Positions 24,243 through 36,800 of a DNA stretch of 64,000 nt are shown in pieces. A program made the translations under genes and the position numbers. The stretch is from the NCBI GenBank assembly GCA_032718475.1, contig JAUCBJ010009084.1:1-64000 (forward strand), read 5' to 3'. The stretch's first letter is position 1. Each line of letters begins with the position of its first letter. The DNA is from Nemertoderma westbladi (taxonomy: Eukaryota > Animalia > Xenacoelomorpha). A model generated the notes under the pieces. It had not been told where the DNA came from. It worked only from the letters and a program-made list of their open reading frames with translations, and searched no databases.

Positions 24243-26900
24243 TTACGGATCTAACTCTTCCATCCCAGTCCAACCTGTTGGACAACTCAGCGACCCAAGG
24301 GGTGATTCCTCCAGCAGGCAACTCTCCCACTGCCCCCCTATAGGTTCTCTAATTCTTCGCTCCGCTCTCCTTGTCAATTCGATAGGTGGTCTTTTCTCCT
24401 GTTTTTGCAAATGCTGTCTGTTATTTATGTTTCTGATCTCGTGGTTGTCCCTTGGCGGCAAAGTGCCACCCTTCAACGTGTCACCCGGCGGTATAATGCC
24501 GCCCCTGTTCTTCTCCTTAATCTTAGATGCCACCTCTGCTGGCCTCCCCCTTAATATGTGTGCTGGCATTAAAGGCTTCAACGACCCCCGTTCGTCCTTC
24601 GGTATACACGATGTCTGCCCATGTAATGCCCCCTCGCACTCTGTCAGTTCCGCGTGCGTACGCAGCACGCCTCCTACTCTCCCGGCTCCTTTTTCCACCA
24701 TGTGTTTATTCATGGGCTTATCTGCCCCTTGTCTGATCGTCTCACATCTTCTCCCTTTCCATCTTGTATTTTTACTCGGCTTCCCCCTTGTCGGTATGCT
24801 TCTCAACCGGACCGGCGTCTCTTTCGGACGCTCCTCTGGACACTCCACCGGACACTTCTCCGGTTTGTCCTCCCGACACTCCACCGTCCGCTCCTCTCCA
24901 TCTCCATACCGATACTTGCTGGGACCCTTATTCCAACCCATCGTCTCTAGATCTTCTGCATCCATACCATTCTCCTCCGCCCACTCTCTTGGTGTTGCTT
25001 CTACCTCTAGCTGTCTACCACTATTGCCCATCTCTGGCCTCTCCTCTATCTCGTCAGTTCCTGGCACCATGCATCCTGAACTCTCGGACACATGGAATGG
25101 TATATTACTCTTAATTGGGCCTGTCAGTGTCCACCCGAATGGTGTTAATATGGCCACCGGGTCACTCTGCTTGTCTTCGCCGAAGACCGTTTGCATTCTT
25201 TCGTGGGCCGTTGGGCAGTCCATGCCTACTATGATGGACACCTTCCTAACGTCCACGTCTGGAATTGAGAAGTCAATGTCGTCCAGGAATTTATACTGCT
25301 CGACCTCGATGTTGGTTGGCCGCCTGGCATTGATATTAATTGACTCTATCACTTGAATGGGGTCGATGGTTGCCCCATAGTCGCATCCTGGTGCCACTGC
25401 TGCAATTGCGCACCGTCCTGTTCTCATCTCAAGGATCTCATCTTTGCTAGAGATGGTTGTTACCGCCATCCTGCTTGGCCTCGTTCTCAATCCTATCTCC
25501 TCGGCCACCCATTCCTCGACTAATGTGAAGGCAGCTCCACTATCAACCAGCATTAGTGTTGTTACTGATCGATTGCCTTCCCCGATCACTCGTACTGGTA
25601 CTACTCCAAGTAGCACCGTTCCTCTCTTCTTCGCCCCTACTGTGCTCGTCGCCATCGTTTGGCCTCTCCTTTGACCAAATTTCATTGGCTTCTCCTTGCA
25701 CTCCCTTGCTCTATGTCCACTCATTACACATCGCGAGCAGATTTTATTGCTGAACGCATAATCTATCTGATCTTGCCTAGGTAGCGCCTGCCAGTACCTG
25801 CAGTTCATAGTTTGATGAAGCGCATTTGCGTGTAGCTGACATTTGCTCTTTGGGTCGTAGCCCTCTTTATACAGTGCATTGCGTATCGCAGTTGCGTTCG
25901 TACCAAAGTCCCTACTATTCTTATTGTTTGGGTTTTGCCTATTGGACGTACTGGGGTTATGTTTATTCGTGTTATTATTGTTTCCCTGTCCGTTCCATGG
26001 TGTTGTCTTATCCTCGGCTAGCTGTGGACTTGCAGTCCCCTGCGTCGCTGCATATGGCAATGATTGCCTGAGTCTCGGTAATGCGTTCGATGTGTTGTGC
26101 TCTGGTTTCGGTCTATGGTAGTCTGTCTTCGGTCCCTTTCCCAGGCTGTCTTCGCTATAGACTGGGTCAGTTATTAGTTCAGCCTCGTAGTTTAAGAAGT
26201 TTGACATTTCTTCTAAACCCGGTTCCGCACCCTTCTTATCTCGAGTGGAGAAGGCGATTTTCCTCCACTTGTTGCGCAGCCAGTTTGGTAGTGCCTGCGC
26301 TATCGTGGTGATGTTGTTGGACGCATTGAGCTCGTACGGCGCGTCTAGCGTCTTCAGCACGATTAGCGCCTTTTCGACTTTGTTAGCGAACGTCTTAATG
26401 CTAACGGGATTATCCTGTAGGCCACCCGATGTTATGCCTCTCAGCGTCTGCCTGATGATCTTGGCCGGGTGCCCGTATTCCCTATCCAGTGCCCGCCATG
26501 CTGTCGTGAAGCCGCCCTCTATTCCTTGATATTGCCTCACGATGTCGTATGCTGGGCCTCCCGTGTACACTTGTAGATACTTTAGGCACTCCGCCTGCGT
26601 CAAGTTTTTTGTTAGTATTTCGTTACTATACATGCGCCGAAACTGTAGATATTCTTCCGGCCTGCTCCCATCGAATTTGAATGGTTCCACGGGTGGTAAC
26701 TCGATCCTCGTTTTCAACGCATCGATCAACGTGGCCATCCCCATCGCCTGCGCTTCCAGTGGATTCGATGGGTGCTGCATAGTTTCTCCTGTCTGGTGCG
26801 TTCCGTCTGTCCTATTTCTTGACTTTCTCTGACTTGGGTATGTCATCGGGGGTAGCGGCCCCCTCCATATGTCTGTGTCACACGACCTATTCTCATCCAA
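24243..26900 (-). CDS. gag: BEL/Pao Gag (capsid, Zn knuckle) - aspartic protease polyprotein; pol deleted
   Basis: PFKFDGS..EYLQF, LKYLQVYTGGPA, CSRCVMSGHRAREC, LVDSGAAFTLV, TPFGWTLTGP; only a possible integrase-tail remnant (PLMPAHIL). Confidence 0.85.
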   Translation of the reverse strand: MDENRSCDTDIWRGPLPPMTYPSQRKSRNRTDGTHQTGETMQHPSNPLEAQAMGMATLIDALKTRIELPPVEPFKFDGSRPEEYLQFRRMYSNEILTKNLTQAECLKYLQVYTGGPAYDIVRQYQGIEGGFTTAWRALDREYGHPAKIIRQTLRGITSGGLQDNPVSIKTFANKVEKALIVLKTLDAPYELNASNNITTIAQALPNWLRNKWRKIAFSTRDKKGAEPGLEEMSNFLNYEAELITDPVYSEDSLGKGPKTDYHRPKPEHNTSNALPRLRQSLPYAATQGTASPQLAEDKTTPWNGQGNNNNTNKHNPSTSNRQNPNNKNSRDFGTNATAIRNALYKEGYDPKSKCQLHANALHQTMNCRYWQALPRQDQIDYAFSNKICSRCVMSGHRARECKEKPMKFGQRRGQTMATSTVGAKKRGTVLLGVVPVRVIGEGNRSVTTLMLVDSGAAFTLVEEWVAEEIGLRTRPSRMAVTTISSKDEILEMRTGRCAIAAVAPGCDYGATIDPIQVIESININARRPTNIEVEQYKFLDDIDFSIPDVDVRKVSIIVGMDCPTAHERMQTVFGEDKQSDPVAILTPFGWTLTGPIKSNIPFHVSESSGCMVPGTDEIEERPEMGNSGRQLEVEATPREWAEENGMDAEDLETMGWNKGPSKYRYGDGEERTVECREDKPEKCPVECPEERPKETPVRLRSIPTRGKPSKNTRWKGRRCETIRQGADKPMNKHMVEKGAGRVGGVLRTHAELTECEGALHGQTSCIPKDERGSLKPLMPAHILRGRPAEVASKIKEKNRGGIIPPGDTLKGGTLPPRDNHEIRNINNRQHLQKQEKRPPIELTRRAERRIREPIGGQWESCLLEESPLGSLSCPTGWTGMEELDP

Positions 26901-26958
26901 GGGTCTCGTTGTTCTTGCTCCTATCGGGGTATATTGTTGATATTGTGATGGGGGAATG

Positions 26959-29900
26959 TCACCCTGTCCCCCCCCCCACCGGTATGTTTGGTACTGGGGT
27001 TGATGTTAATATGTTGGGGCCCATACACCTATCCGCAATAATTCCCCCCTCCCCTGGGTATATGTTATGTCCCTGCATGCTGTAGTCATACTGCTGTGCT
27101 GGTACCGGTATAGGCCTATCAGCTTCTGGCCTACTCGCCGGTATGTATTCCGCGACTTCCGGGTTTAATCCCGTTGTCCACGCCATCCTATCGCCTACAT
27201 TGCCTCTCTCAGTATGGCCTATGGTATGTGCAGTAAGGCCTACAGTATGTCCTACAGTCTGCATGTGTCGCTCGGGATCGAAGTTTATTCTTCTCGAATA
27301 ATCCTCCCCGCGGCTACCGTATTCTCGATCGATAGGTGTATTCCGTCGGAAAGTTTCTCTTCGACCCCCCCCCTCTACTGTTCTCATCTTCGTACCGGTA
27401 CATCGCGTACCCCTCCATCGGCGCGTAGTGCGCCTCGCCGGGTCGCATCTCTCCGGGGCGACGGCAATCTCCCGGAGTCCGACCCCACTGACTCTCCGTT
27501 CTCATCTCAACTACCGACGGCTCGCTATCCGTCCTCGCTCTTCTATCGTTCGCGGCGATACCTCTACTACTGTCTTCTCTTCTTCTCCTTTCAGTGGAGT
27601 ATTCCCGCTCGTGAGATCTCTCGTCGACCTCCCGGTTAAACCCCACTGTTCTTCTTCCCTCTTCTGATCGGGCTCGACGCTTCGTCCGCCCTCTTACGAC
27701 GTCAACCTGTCTCTCTCTGCTCGGTCGCACGCCGCTGGGGATACTCGCAATCCCCCTATTACTTTCCGTCGCCGGTTGTTGCGGTTTACCTATTTCGGCC
27801 CGCGCATTATCCGCTGACGGCTGTGGGACACTCTCTGCCCCCCCCCTTTCGCCGCTAACTCGCTGTTGTGGGGTTCTCGTAGCCCCCCCCCCCCCCCACT
27901 CGCCACATCTAACTTCGCTACTCCTCACCCCGCTACTATATCCCTCTCCAGTCGACACATCAACCCTACCGCGGTCGGGTCTATTCACCCCCGCCTCTCC
28001 CTCTGCTATTGCGTGGCCTACCAGGCCCTCTACTCCCTGCCTACCAACTATGTGGCCTACCAGGCCCTCGCTGGGTCTACCTAACCCAGCCACTCCCTGC
28101 CTACCAACTACGTGGCCTACCAGGCCCTCGCCGGGTCTACCTAACCCAGCTACTTCCCTGCCTACCAACTACGTGGCCTACCAGGCCCTCGCTGGGTCTA
28201 CCTAACCCAGCTACTTCCCTGGCCTACCAACTACGTGGCCTACCAGGCCCTCGTCTGTCTGGCCATACACGCCCGACGTGTTTACATTAATAGCACCCGT
28301 ATTGGAAACGGAATTAATTTGTTCGTTCGAAATAAAATCATTTGAATTATCTTGCGCGACTACACTATCTGAATTATTTTGTAAATTCGGGCTCGCTGAA
28401 TTATTTAAGTTATTTAGATTATTTTGTGTTATTGCATTACTTAAATTATTTTGTAAGTTCGAATTTGGGTTATTACTTTGATTAATTGGATTATTTTGCG
28501 TAGCTACATTAATATTAGAATTATTTTCTACATTAGTATTAGGAATGTTCTGATTTAAATTTAAATTACTACCACTAAGTAAAGTATTTCCTGCAATAAA
28601 GGTTTGATTAGAATTGTCCCACACGGTACTATTAATATTAACCACGTCTACTGTACCATCATCATTATTACCCCCCCCCCCCCCCCCCCCCCTCCCGTAC
28701 GGTCACACCAGTTTTGAGTCTGTCGTGCGGTCCCTGTAAGTGGGGTATTAATAAATGTATCCACGGCCCCCGGCTCCTCAAAAATACTCGAGCCAGCCTC
28801 GCTCTCAGACTCCCCCATCTGCGCCAGTTCCACCTCACGCGTGTGTACAGCTTCACACTCTACGAGTTTGTCTCGCTGTTTCTCCAATTCTTTTCGCTCA
28901 CGCTCCACTTTTGCTATTTTATCCATAGCCTCCCGTTCGGTCTGCTTGGCCAATTCCACCTCTCTCCTAATCCCCTCCCTTCGCCTCGCCTCACGCGCTC
29001 TATGCTCACTCTCCTCCCTCACTTCACGCTCTCTGCGTTCACTTTCCTCCTTCGCTTCACGCTCTCTGCGTTCACTTTTCTCTCTCGCCACACGCTCTTC
29101 TTGTTCCTTCAACTCTATTTCCTCATACTCCCTGAGGCTCCTCACGGCCCTTTCGGCCCTCTCTCTTATCTCTCCCATCGACGCCATTTCCCTCTCCATC
29201 AGCACTCTCCCTTCCTCTAGCCATCTACCTACTTCTCTATTACCTTGCACTGCTAGATTGAGACGATGCCTAGCGTCTATCTCTCTCACCCGTCTTTCTT
29301 TTGCGGAGGATGTAGCAGACTTATCGGTTGTGGAGGATTCCCTCCGCCTTCCCGATCTACTAGCTTTCCCCCTCCTCCCGGAACTCCCTCCGACCGACGA
29401 GACCGAATCCGCGGGGTCAGCCTCGGATTCGCCCTCCTCAGGTCTGTTCCAACCCACTAATTTTACTCCCCAGGCATCGACCAAGTATGGCCCTATGTAC
29501 ACTGACGCTACGCTAGGTTCCATACTCCCACATTCCCATAGTTCAAATAGTTCGCTGGCAACCCCTTTTGCTCTCTCCTCGGCTAGTTCTCTCTGCCCAA
29601 AACGCATTAGGTAATTAAAGTGTCTATCCGACTCACCTAGTCGTTTCCTCAGTCTCACCTCGTCTATCTTCGCCCCTTCCTTCTTAGCGTCCTTTAGTAG
29701 TCTTTGGGTCGCGTTGTAGGCCCGTCGGAGTCGATCAGAAACCCCGACGTCCTCGTCGCCGATCTTTCGTCCGTCTCTCCGGGTCCGACGTCGTACCGGC
29801 GGCCCCACCATCGCCGTTTCGGCGGGCCGTCCGTCGCCCTCGGCCTGTAGCTGGCCGGTGACATCGGTAGCGATGTCTCCTTCATCTCTCTGCATCCGGG

Positions 29901-30204
29901 GTCGCACCGTCGGCCCCACCGTCGCCGTTTCGGCGGGCCGCTCGTCGCCCTCAGCCTGTGGCTGGCCGGCGACACCGGTGCGTCGACCCCCGTCCCGTGT
30001 CGACTCGTCTCCGCCTCCCTCCGTCTCGCTCTCTCTCTCTCTCGGTTCGACCTCGGGTTCCAGGCCCCCCTCGTCCTGAACTGCCGGATGACCCGTTACC
30101 GATGGGTCCGGCGTTGTGGGCCTGTATCGCCTGGTTGCGGCCTCGCGGATCGTTAGCTCTTCGTCCGGGGTCCGCGTCGGTGTGGTGTCACCTGACCGAC
30201 TCAT
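26959..30204 (-). pseudogene. gag: N-terminal part of element B gag (coiled coil, Asn-rich and repeat segments), split mainly at G/C homopolymers
   Basis: Consecutive ORFs 30204-28648, 28645-28211, 28168-27314, 27387-26959; frame changes at poly-C 28671-28692, ~27364 and ~26968. Confidence 0.7.
28013..28252 (-). repeat. ~60-bp coding tandem repeat (EGLVGHVVGR) with GGCCT-ACC-AGGCC hairpin
   Basis: Five copies of gtggcctaccaggccctc. Confidence 0.85.
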
Positions 30205-30502
30205 CTCTCTTCTGCAGATTGGTGACTGGTGGTTTAGCTAGTTTTACAGTTTGACTAGGGCGGCAGCTCGATTTAGTTACTGCCGAAGGGTTTAGTTACT
30301 GTGACGGGATCCAAGAGGGATCCCGGTTTATCCGGTTTTAGTTCACGCGTCCCCGCCGTGTATAAAGAGTGAATGAGTTCTGATGTTTGTCGTATATAAT
30401 ATGATAAGTGGATATAGATACAGATATAGATATGGGATATATTGTTGTATATGGAAGGCGGGATATGGTAACTAAAGTCCCGGTCCTTCCCTAGCTAAAC
30501 TA

Positions 30503-30843
30503 TGTAATAACCTAAACTAGCACCGGTATTGCACTGAGATAACTGAATTGGTATGATTACTGCCAAGTGGCTATATTGCACGGTTGGCCTTGTTACTCTA
30601 CCTAATCGATGCCTTTCCCCCCTCTGATTGGTTGATACCCTTGTTGGCGCCCTTTGGAGTGTTCCCGTTCACTCCACCTATTCTCTCTGGGTTAGGGGTT
30701 TGGCCCCTGACCCTCTATTGTGTGCTTCCTTCCCACTCTTATTGGGATGGCACGAGTTGGTTAATTATCCAATCTCGTGGCTCCCAATATTGCTTATCGG
30801 CTTATAACTTTATGGGGTGTTAGCGGGATTGAATAAGCTAACA
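30503..30843 (-). repeat. 5' LTR of element B
   Basis: TG...CA termini, 341 bp. Confidence 0.95.
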
Positions 30844-33800
30844 TTAATGAACTAGCTGAGATATTTGAGGTGAATTATTGCATTACATATTAACTTTGGC
30901 TCCAGCCGCTTTTGCAATACGATGAAACTATAATAAATATTCTAGAACACAACAATATTAACAGGGAGATAGGCTACTTGTCTCTCCATTCAGACAGCCA
31001 CAGATAGGGAGGGGTGTTTTGACACAATAAAAATTCCACCATCTCCAGGGGAAAGACGAAGCAAATAACAGCTGATTACTTCTATAAATGTAAGTGTTAC
31101 CTGTTTTTTGACTTTCGTTTAAGATTATTTTCTTGTGGACTGGGATAGAATTTATGAATATGAAAATCGATGTCGTTTTTTGTAAAAAATCAGAGGAGAT
31201 TTTGATAAATTATTGCAGAAAAACACCAAGGATTTTGACAAGGATTTAATACTCATTATATTCATGAAATAGCTGAGAAATTTGAGGTGAATTATTGCAT
31301 TACATAATAACTTTAACTCCAGGCACATTAGCAATACGATGAAACTATAATAAATATTCTAGAACACAACAATATTAACAGGGAGATAGGCTACTTATCT
31401 GTCCACTCTGAGAGCCTCAGAAAGGGGGTGTTCCGACGCAATCAAAAGTCATCCATCTCCAGGGGAAATACGAAGCAAAGAACAGCTGATTACTTCTATA
31501 AATGTAAGTGTTACCTGCTCTTTTGACTTTCATTTAAGATTGTCTATCTCTTGGAGTGGGTTAGAAGTTATAAATATGAAAATCGATGTGGTTTTTGAAA
31601 AAAATCAAAGGATATTATGATTAATTATTGCTGAAAAACACCAACGATTTTGACATGGCTTTAATACTTCATTATGTTCATGAAAAAACTGAGATATTTG
31701 AGGTGAATTATTGCATTACATAATAAATTTAACTCCAGCCACATTAGCAATACGATGGAACTATAATAAATATTCTAGAACACAACAATATTAACAGGGA
31801 GATAGGCTACTTATCTCTCCACTCAGACAGCTACAGATATGGGTGATCTGACACAATCAAAATTCAACCATCTCCAGGTGAAAGACGAAGCAAATAGCAG
31901 CTGATTACTTCTATAATTGTAAGTGTTACCTGTTTTTTGACTTTCGTTTAAGTTTCTTTATCTTGTGGACTGGGATAGAAGTCATGGATATGAAAATCGA
32001 TGTGGTTTTTGAAAAAAATCAAAGGATATTATGATTAATTATTGCTGAAAAACACCAAGGATTTTGACATGGCGTTAATACTCATTATATTCATGAGATA
32101 GCTGAGAAATTTGAGGTGAATTATTGTATCACATATTAATTTCGGCCCCAGCCGCTTTGGCAATACGATGAAACTATAATAAATATTTTAGAACACAACA
32201 ATATTAACAGGGAAATAGGCTACTTATCTCTTCACTCTGAGAGCCTCAAAAAGGGGGTGTTCCGACGCAATCAAAATTCATCCATCTGCAGGGGAAAGAC
32301 GAAGCAAATATCAGCAGATTACTTCTATAAATGAAAGTGTTACCTGTTCTTATGACTTTCGTTTAAGATTCTCTATCTCGTGGAGTTGGTTAGAAGTTAT
32401 AAATATGAAAATCGATGTGGTTTTTTAAAAAAAATCAGAGGATATTTTGATAAATTATTGCTGAAAAACCCCAAGGATCTTGACATGGCTTTAATACTCA
32501 ATTATGTTCATGAAAAAACTGAGATATTTGAGGTGAATAATTGCATTACATAATAACTTTAACTCCAGCCACATTAGCAATACGATGACACTATAATAAA
32601 TATTCTAGAACACAACAATATTAACAGGGAGATAGGCTACTTATCTCTCCACTCTGGGAGCCTCAGAAAGGGGGTGTTCCGACGCAATCAAAATTCATCC
32701 ATCTCCTAAGGAAAGACGAAGCAAATAACAGCTGATTACTTCTATAAATGTAAGTGTTACCTTTTCTTATGACTTTCGTTTAAGATTCTCTATCTCGTGG
32801 AGTGGGTTAGAAGTTATAAATATGAAAATCGATGTGGTTTTTTGTAAAAAATTTGAGGATATTTTGATAAATTATTGCTGAAAAACCCCAAGTATTTTGA
32901 CATGGCTTTAATACTTCATTATGTTCATGAAAAAACTTAGATATTTGAGGTGAATTATTGCATTACATAATAACTTTAACTCCAGGCACATTAGCAATAC
33001 GATGAAACTATAATAAATATTCTAGAACACAACAATATTAACAGGGAGATAGGCTACTTATCTGTCCACTCTGAGAGCCTCAGAAAGGGGGTGTTCCGAC
33101 GCAATCAAAATTCATCCATCTCCAGGGGAAATACGAAGCAAATAACAGCTGATTACTTCTATAAATGTAAGTGTTACCTGCTCTTTTGACTTTCATTTAA
33201 GATTATCTATCTCTTGGAGTAGGTTAGAAGTCATGAATATGAAAATCAATGTCGATTTTTGTAAAAAATCAGAGGAGATTTTAATAAATTATTGCTGAAA
33301 AACACCAAGGATTTTGACAAGGATTTAATACTCATTATATTAATGAACTAGCTGAGATATTTGAGGTGAATTATTGCATTACATATTAACTTTGGCTCCA
33401 GCCGCTTTTGCAATACGATGAAACTATAATAAATATTCTAGAACACAACAATATTAACAGGGAGATAGGCTACTTGTCTCTCCATTCAGACAGCCACAGA
33501 TAGGGAGGGGTGTTTTGACACAATAAAAATGCCACCATCTCCTGGGGAAAGACGAAGCAAATTTCAGCTGATTACTTCTATAAATGAAAGTGTTGCCTGT
33601 TCTTTTGACTTTCGTATAAGATTCTCCATCTTATGGAGTGGGTTAGCAGTTATAAATATGAAAATCGATGTGGTTTTTGAAAAAAATCAGAGGATATTTT
33701 GATAAATTATTGCTGAAAAATCCCAAGGATTTTGACATGGCTTAAATACTTCATTATGTTCATGAAAAAACTGAGATATTTGAGGTGAATTATTGCATTA

Positions 33801-36800
33801 CATAATAACTTTAACTCCAGCCACATTAGCAATACGATGAAACTATAATAAATATTCTAGAACACAACAATATTAACAGGGAGATAGGCTACTTATCTCT
33901 CCACTCAGACAGCTACAGATAGGGGTGATCTGACACAATCAAAATTCAACCATCTCCAGGTGAAAGACGAAGCAAATAACAGCTGATTACTTCTATAAAT
34001 GTAAGTGTTACCTGTTTTTTGACTTTCGTTTAAGTTTCTTTATCTTGTGGACTGGGATAGAAGTCATGAATATGAAAATCGATGTGGTTTTTGAAAAAAA
34101 TCAAAGGATATTATGATTAATTATTGCTGAAAAACACCAAGGATTTTGACAAGGATTTAATACTCATTATATTAATGAACTAGCTGAGATATTTGAGGTG
34201 AATTATTGCATTACATATTAACTTTGGCTCCAGCCGCTTTTGCAATACGATGAAACTATAATAAATATTCTAGAACACAACAATATTAACAGGGAGATAG
34301 GCTACTTATCTCTCCACTCTGAGAGCCTCAAAAAGGGGACGTTCCGACGCAATCAAAATTCATCCATCTCCTGGGGAAAGACGAAGCAAATATCAGCTGA
34401 TTACTTCTATAAATGAAAGTGTTGCCTGTTCTTATGACTTTCGTTTAAGATTCTCCATCTTATGGAGTGGGTTAGCAGTTATAAATATGAAAATCGATGT
34501 GGTTTTTGAAAAAAATCAGAGGATATTTTGATAAATTATTGCTGAAAAACCCCAAGGATTTTGACATGGCTTTAATACTCATATTCATGAAATAGCTGAG
34601 AAGTTTGAGGTGAATTATTGTATCACATATTAACTTCGGCTCCAGCCGCTTTGGCAATACAATGAAACTATAATAAATATTCTAGAACACAACAATATTA
34701 ACAGGGAGATAGGCTACTTATCTCTTCAGTCTGAGAGCCTCAAAAAGGGGGTGTTCCGACGCAATCAAAATTAATCCATCTGCAGGGGAAAGACGAAGCA
34801 AATAACAGCTGATTACTTCTATAAATGAAAGTTTTACCTGTTCTTATGACTTTCGTTTAAGATTCTCTATCTCGTGGAGTTGGTTAGACGTTATAAATAT
34901 GAAAATCGATGTGGTTTTTTAAAAAAAATCAGAGGATATTTTGATAAATTATTGCTGAAAAACCCCAAGGATTTTGACATGGCTTTAATACTTCATTATG
35001 TTCATGAAAAAACTGAGATATTTGAGGTGAATAATTGCATTACATAATAACTTTAACTCCAGCCACATTAGCAATACGATGAAACTATAATAAATATTCT
35101 AGAACACAACAATATTAACAGGGAGATAGGGTACTTATCTCTCCACTCTGGGAGCCTCAGAAAGGGGGTGTTCCGACGCAATCAAAATTCATCCATCTCC
35201 TAAGGAAAGACGAAGCAAATAACAGCTGATTACTTCTATAAATGTAAGTGTTACCTTTTCTTATGACTTTCGTTTAAGATTCTCTATCTCGTGGAGTGGG
35301 TTAGAAGTTATAAATTAGAAAATCGATGTCGTTTTTTGTAAAAAATCTGAGGATATTTTGATAAATTATTGCTGAAAAACCCCAAGGATTTTGACATGGC
35401 TTTAATACTTCATTATGTTCATGAAAAAACTTAGATATTTGAGGTGAATTATTGCATTACATAATAACTTTAACTCCAGGCACATTAGCAATACGATGAA
35501 ACTATAATAAATATTATAGAACACAACAATATTAACAGGGAGATAGGCTACTTATCTGTCCACTCTGAGAGCCTCAGAAAGGGGGTGTTCCGACGCAATC
35601 AAAATTCATCCATCTCCAGGGGAAATACGAAGCAAAGAACAGCTGATTACTTCTATAAATGTAGTGTTACCTGCTCTTTTGACTTTCATTTAAGATTGTC
35701 TATCTCTTGGAGTAGGTTAGAAGTCATGAATATGAAAATCGATGTCGTTTTTTGTAAAAAAATCAGAGGAGATTTTAATAAATTATTGCTGAAAAACACC
35801 AAGGATTTTGACAAGGATTTAATACTCATTATATTAATGAACTAGCTGAGATATTTGAGGTGAATTATTGCATTACATATTAACTTTGGCTCCAGCCGCT
35901 TTTGCAATACGATGAAACTATAATAAATATTCTAGAACACAACAATATTAACAGGGAGATAGGCTACTTTTCTCTTCACTCTGAGAGCCTCAAAAGGGGG
36001 TGTTCCGATGCAATCAAAATTCATCCATCTCCAGGGGAAAGACGAAGCAAGTAACAGCTGATTACTTCTATAAATGTAAGTGTTACCTGTTTTTTGACTT
36101 TCGTTTAAGATTCTTTTTCTTGTGGAGTGGGTTAGAAGTCATGACTATGAAAATCGATGTAGTTTTTTGTAAAAAATCTGAGGATATTTTGATAAATTAT
36201 TGCTGAAAAACCCCAAGGATTTTGACATGGCTTTAATACTTCATTATGTTCATGAAAAAACTGAGATATTTGAGGTGAATATTGCATTACATAATAACTT
36301 TAACTCCAGCCACGTTAGCAATACGATGAAACTATAATAAATATTCTAGAACACAACAATATTAACAGGGAGATAGGCTACTTATCTCTCCATTCAGACA
36401 GCCACAGATAGGGAGGGGGTGTATTGACACAATAAAAATTCCACCATCTCCAGGGGAAAGACGAAGCAAATAACAGCTGATTACTTCTATAAATGTAAGT
36501 GTTACCTGTTTTTTGACTTTCGTTTAAGATTCTTTATCTTGTGGACTGGGATAGAATTTCTGAATATGAAAATCGATGTTGTTTTTTGTAAAAAATCAGA
36601 GGAGATTTTGATAAATTATTGCAGAAAAACACCAAGGATTTTGACAAGGATTTAATACTCATTATATTCATGAAATAGCTGAGAAATTTGAGGTGAATTA
36701 TTGCATTACATAATAACTTTAACTCCAGGCACATTAGCAATACGATGAAACTATAATAAATATTCTAGAACACAACAATATTAACAGGGAGATAGGCTAC

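Larger units (their letters stand above)
20575..30843 (-). mobile_element. BEL/Pao-derived non-autonomous LTR element B (gag-protease plus exonuclease ORF, no RT/RH/IN)
   Basis: Two nearly identical 341-bp LTRs, PPT, gag-pro on the minus strand. Confidence 0.9.

Noticed and set aside
28671-28692. Programmed frameshift at the poly-G tract
   Set aside because: Homopolymer slippage or sequencing error is simpler; several such runs coincide with breaks
24427-30254. Long plus-strand ORFs opposite element B gag (e.g. 24427-25356, 28841-29614)
   Set aside because: Antisense shadows of GC-rich or low-complexity coding sequence with no motifs
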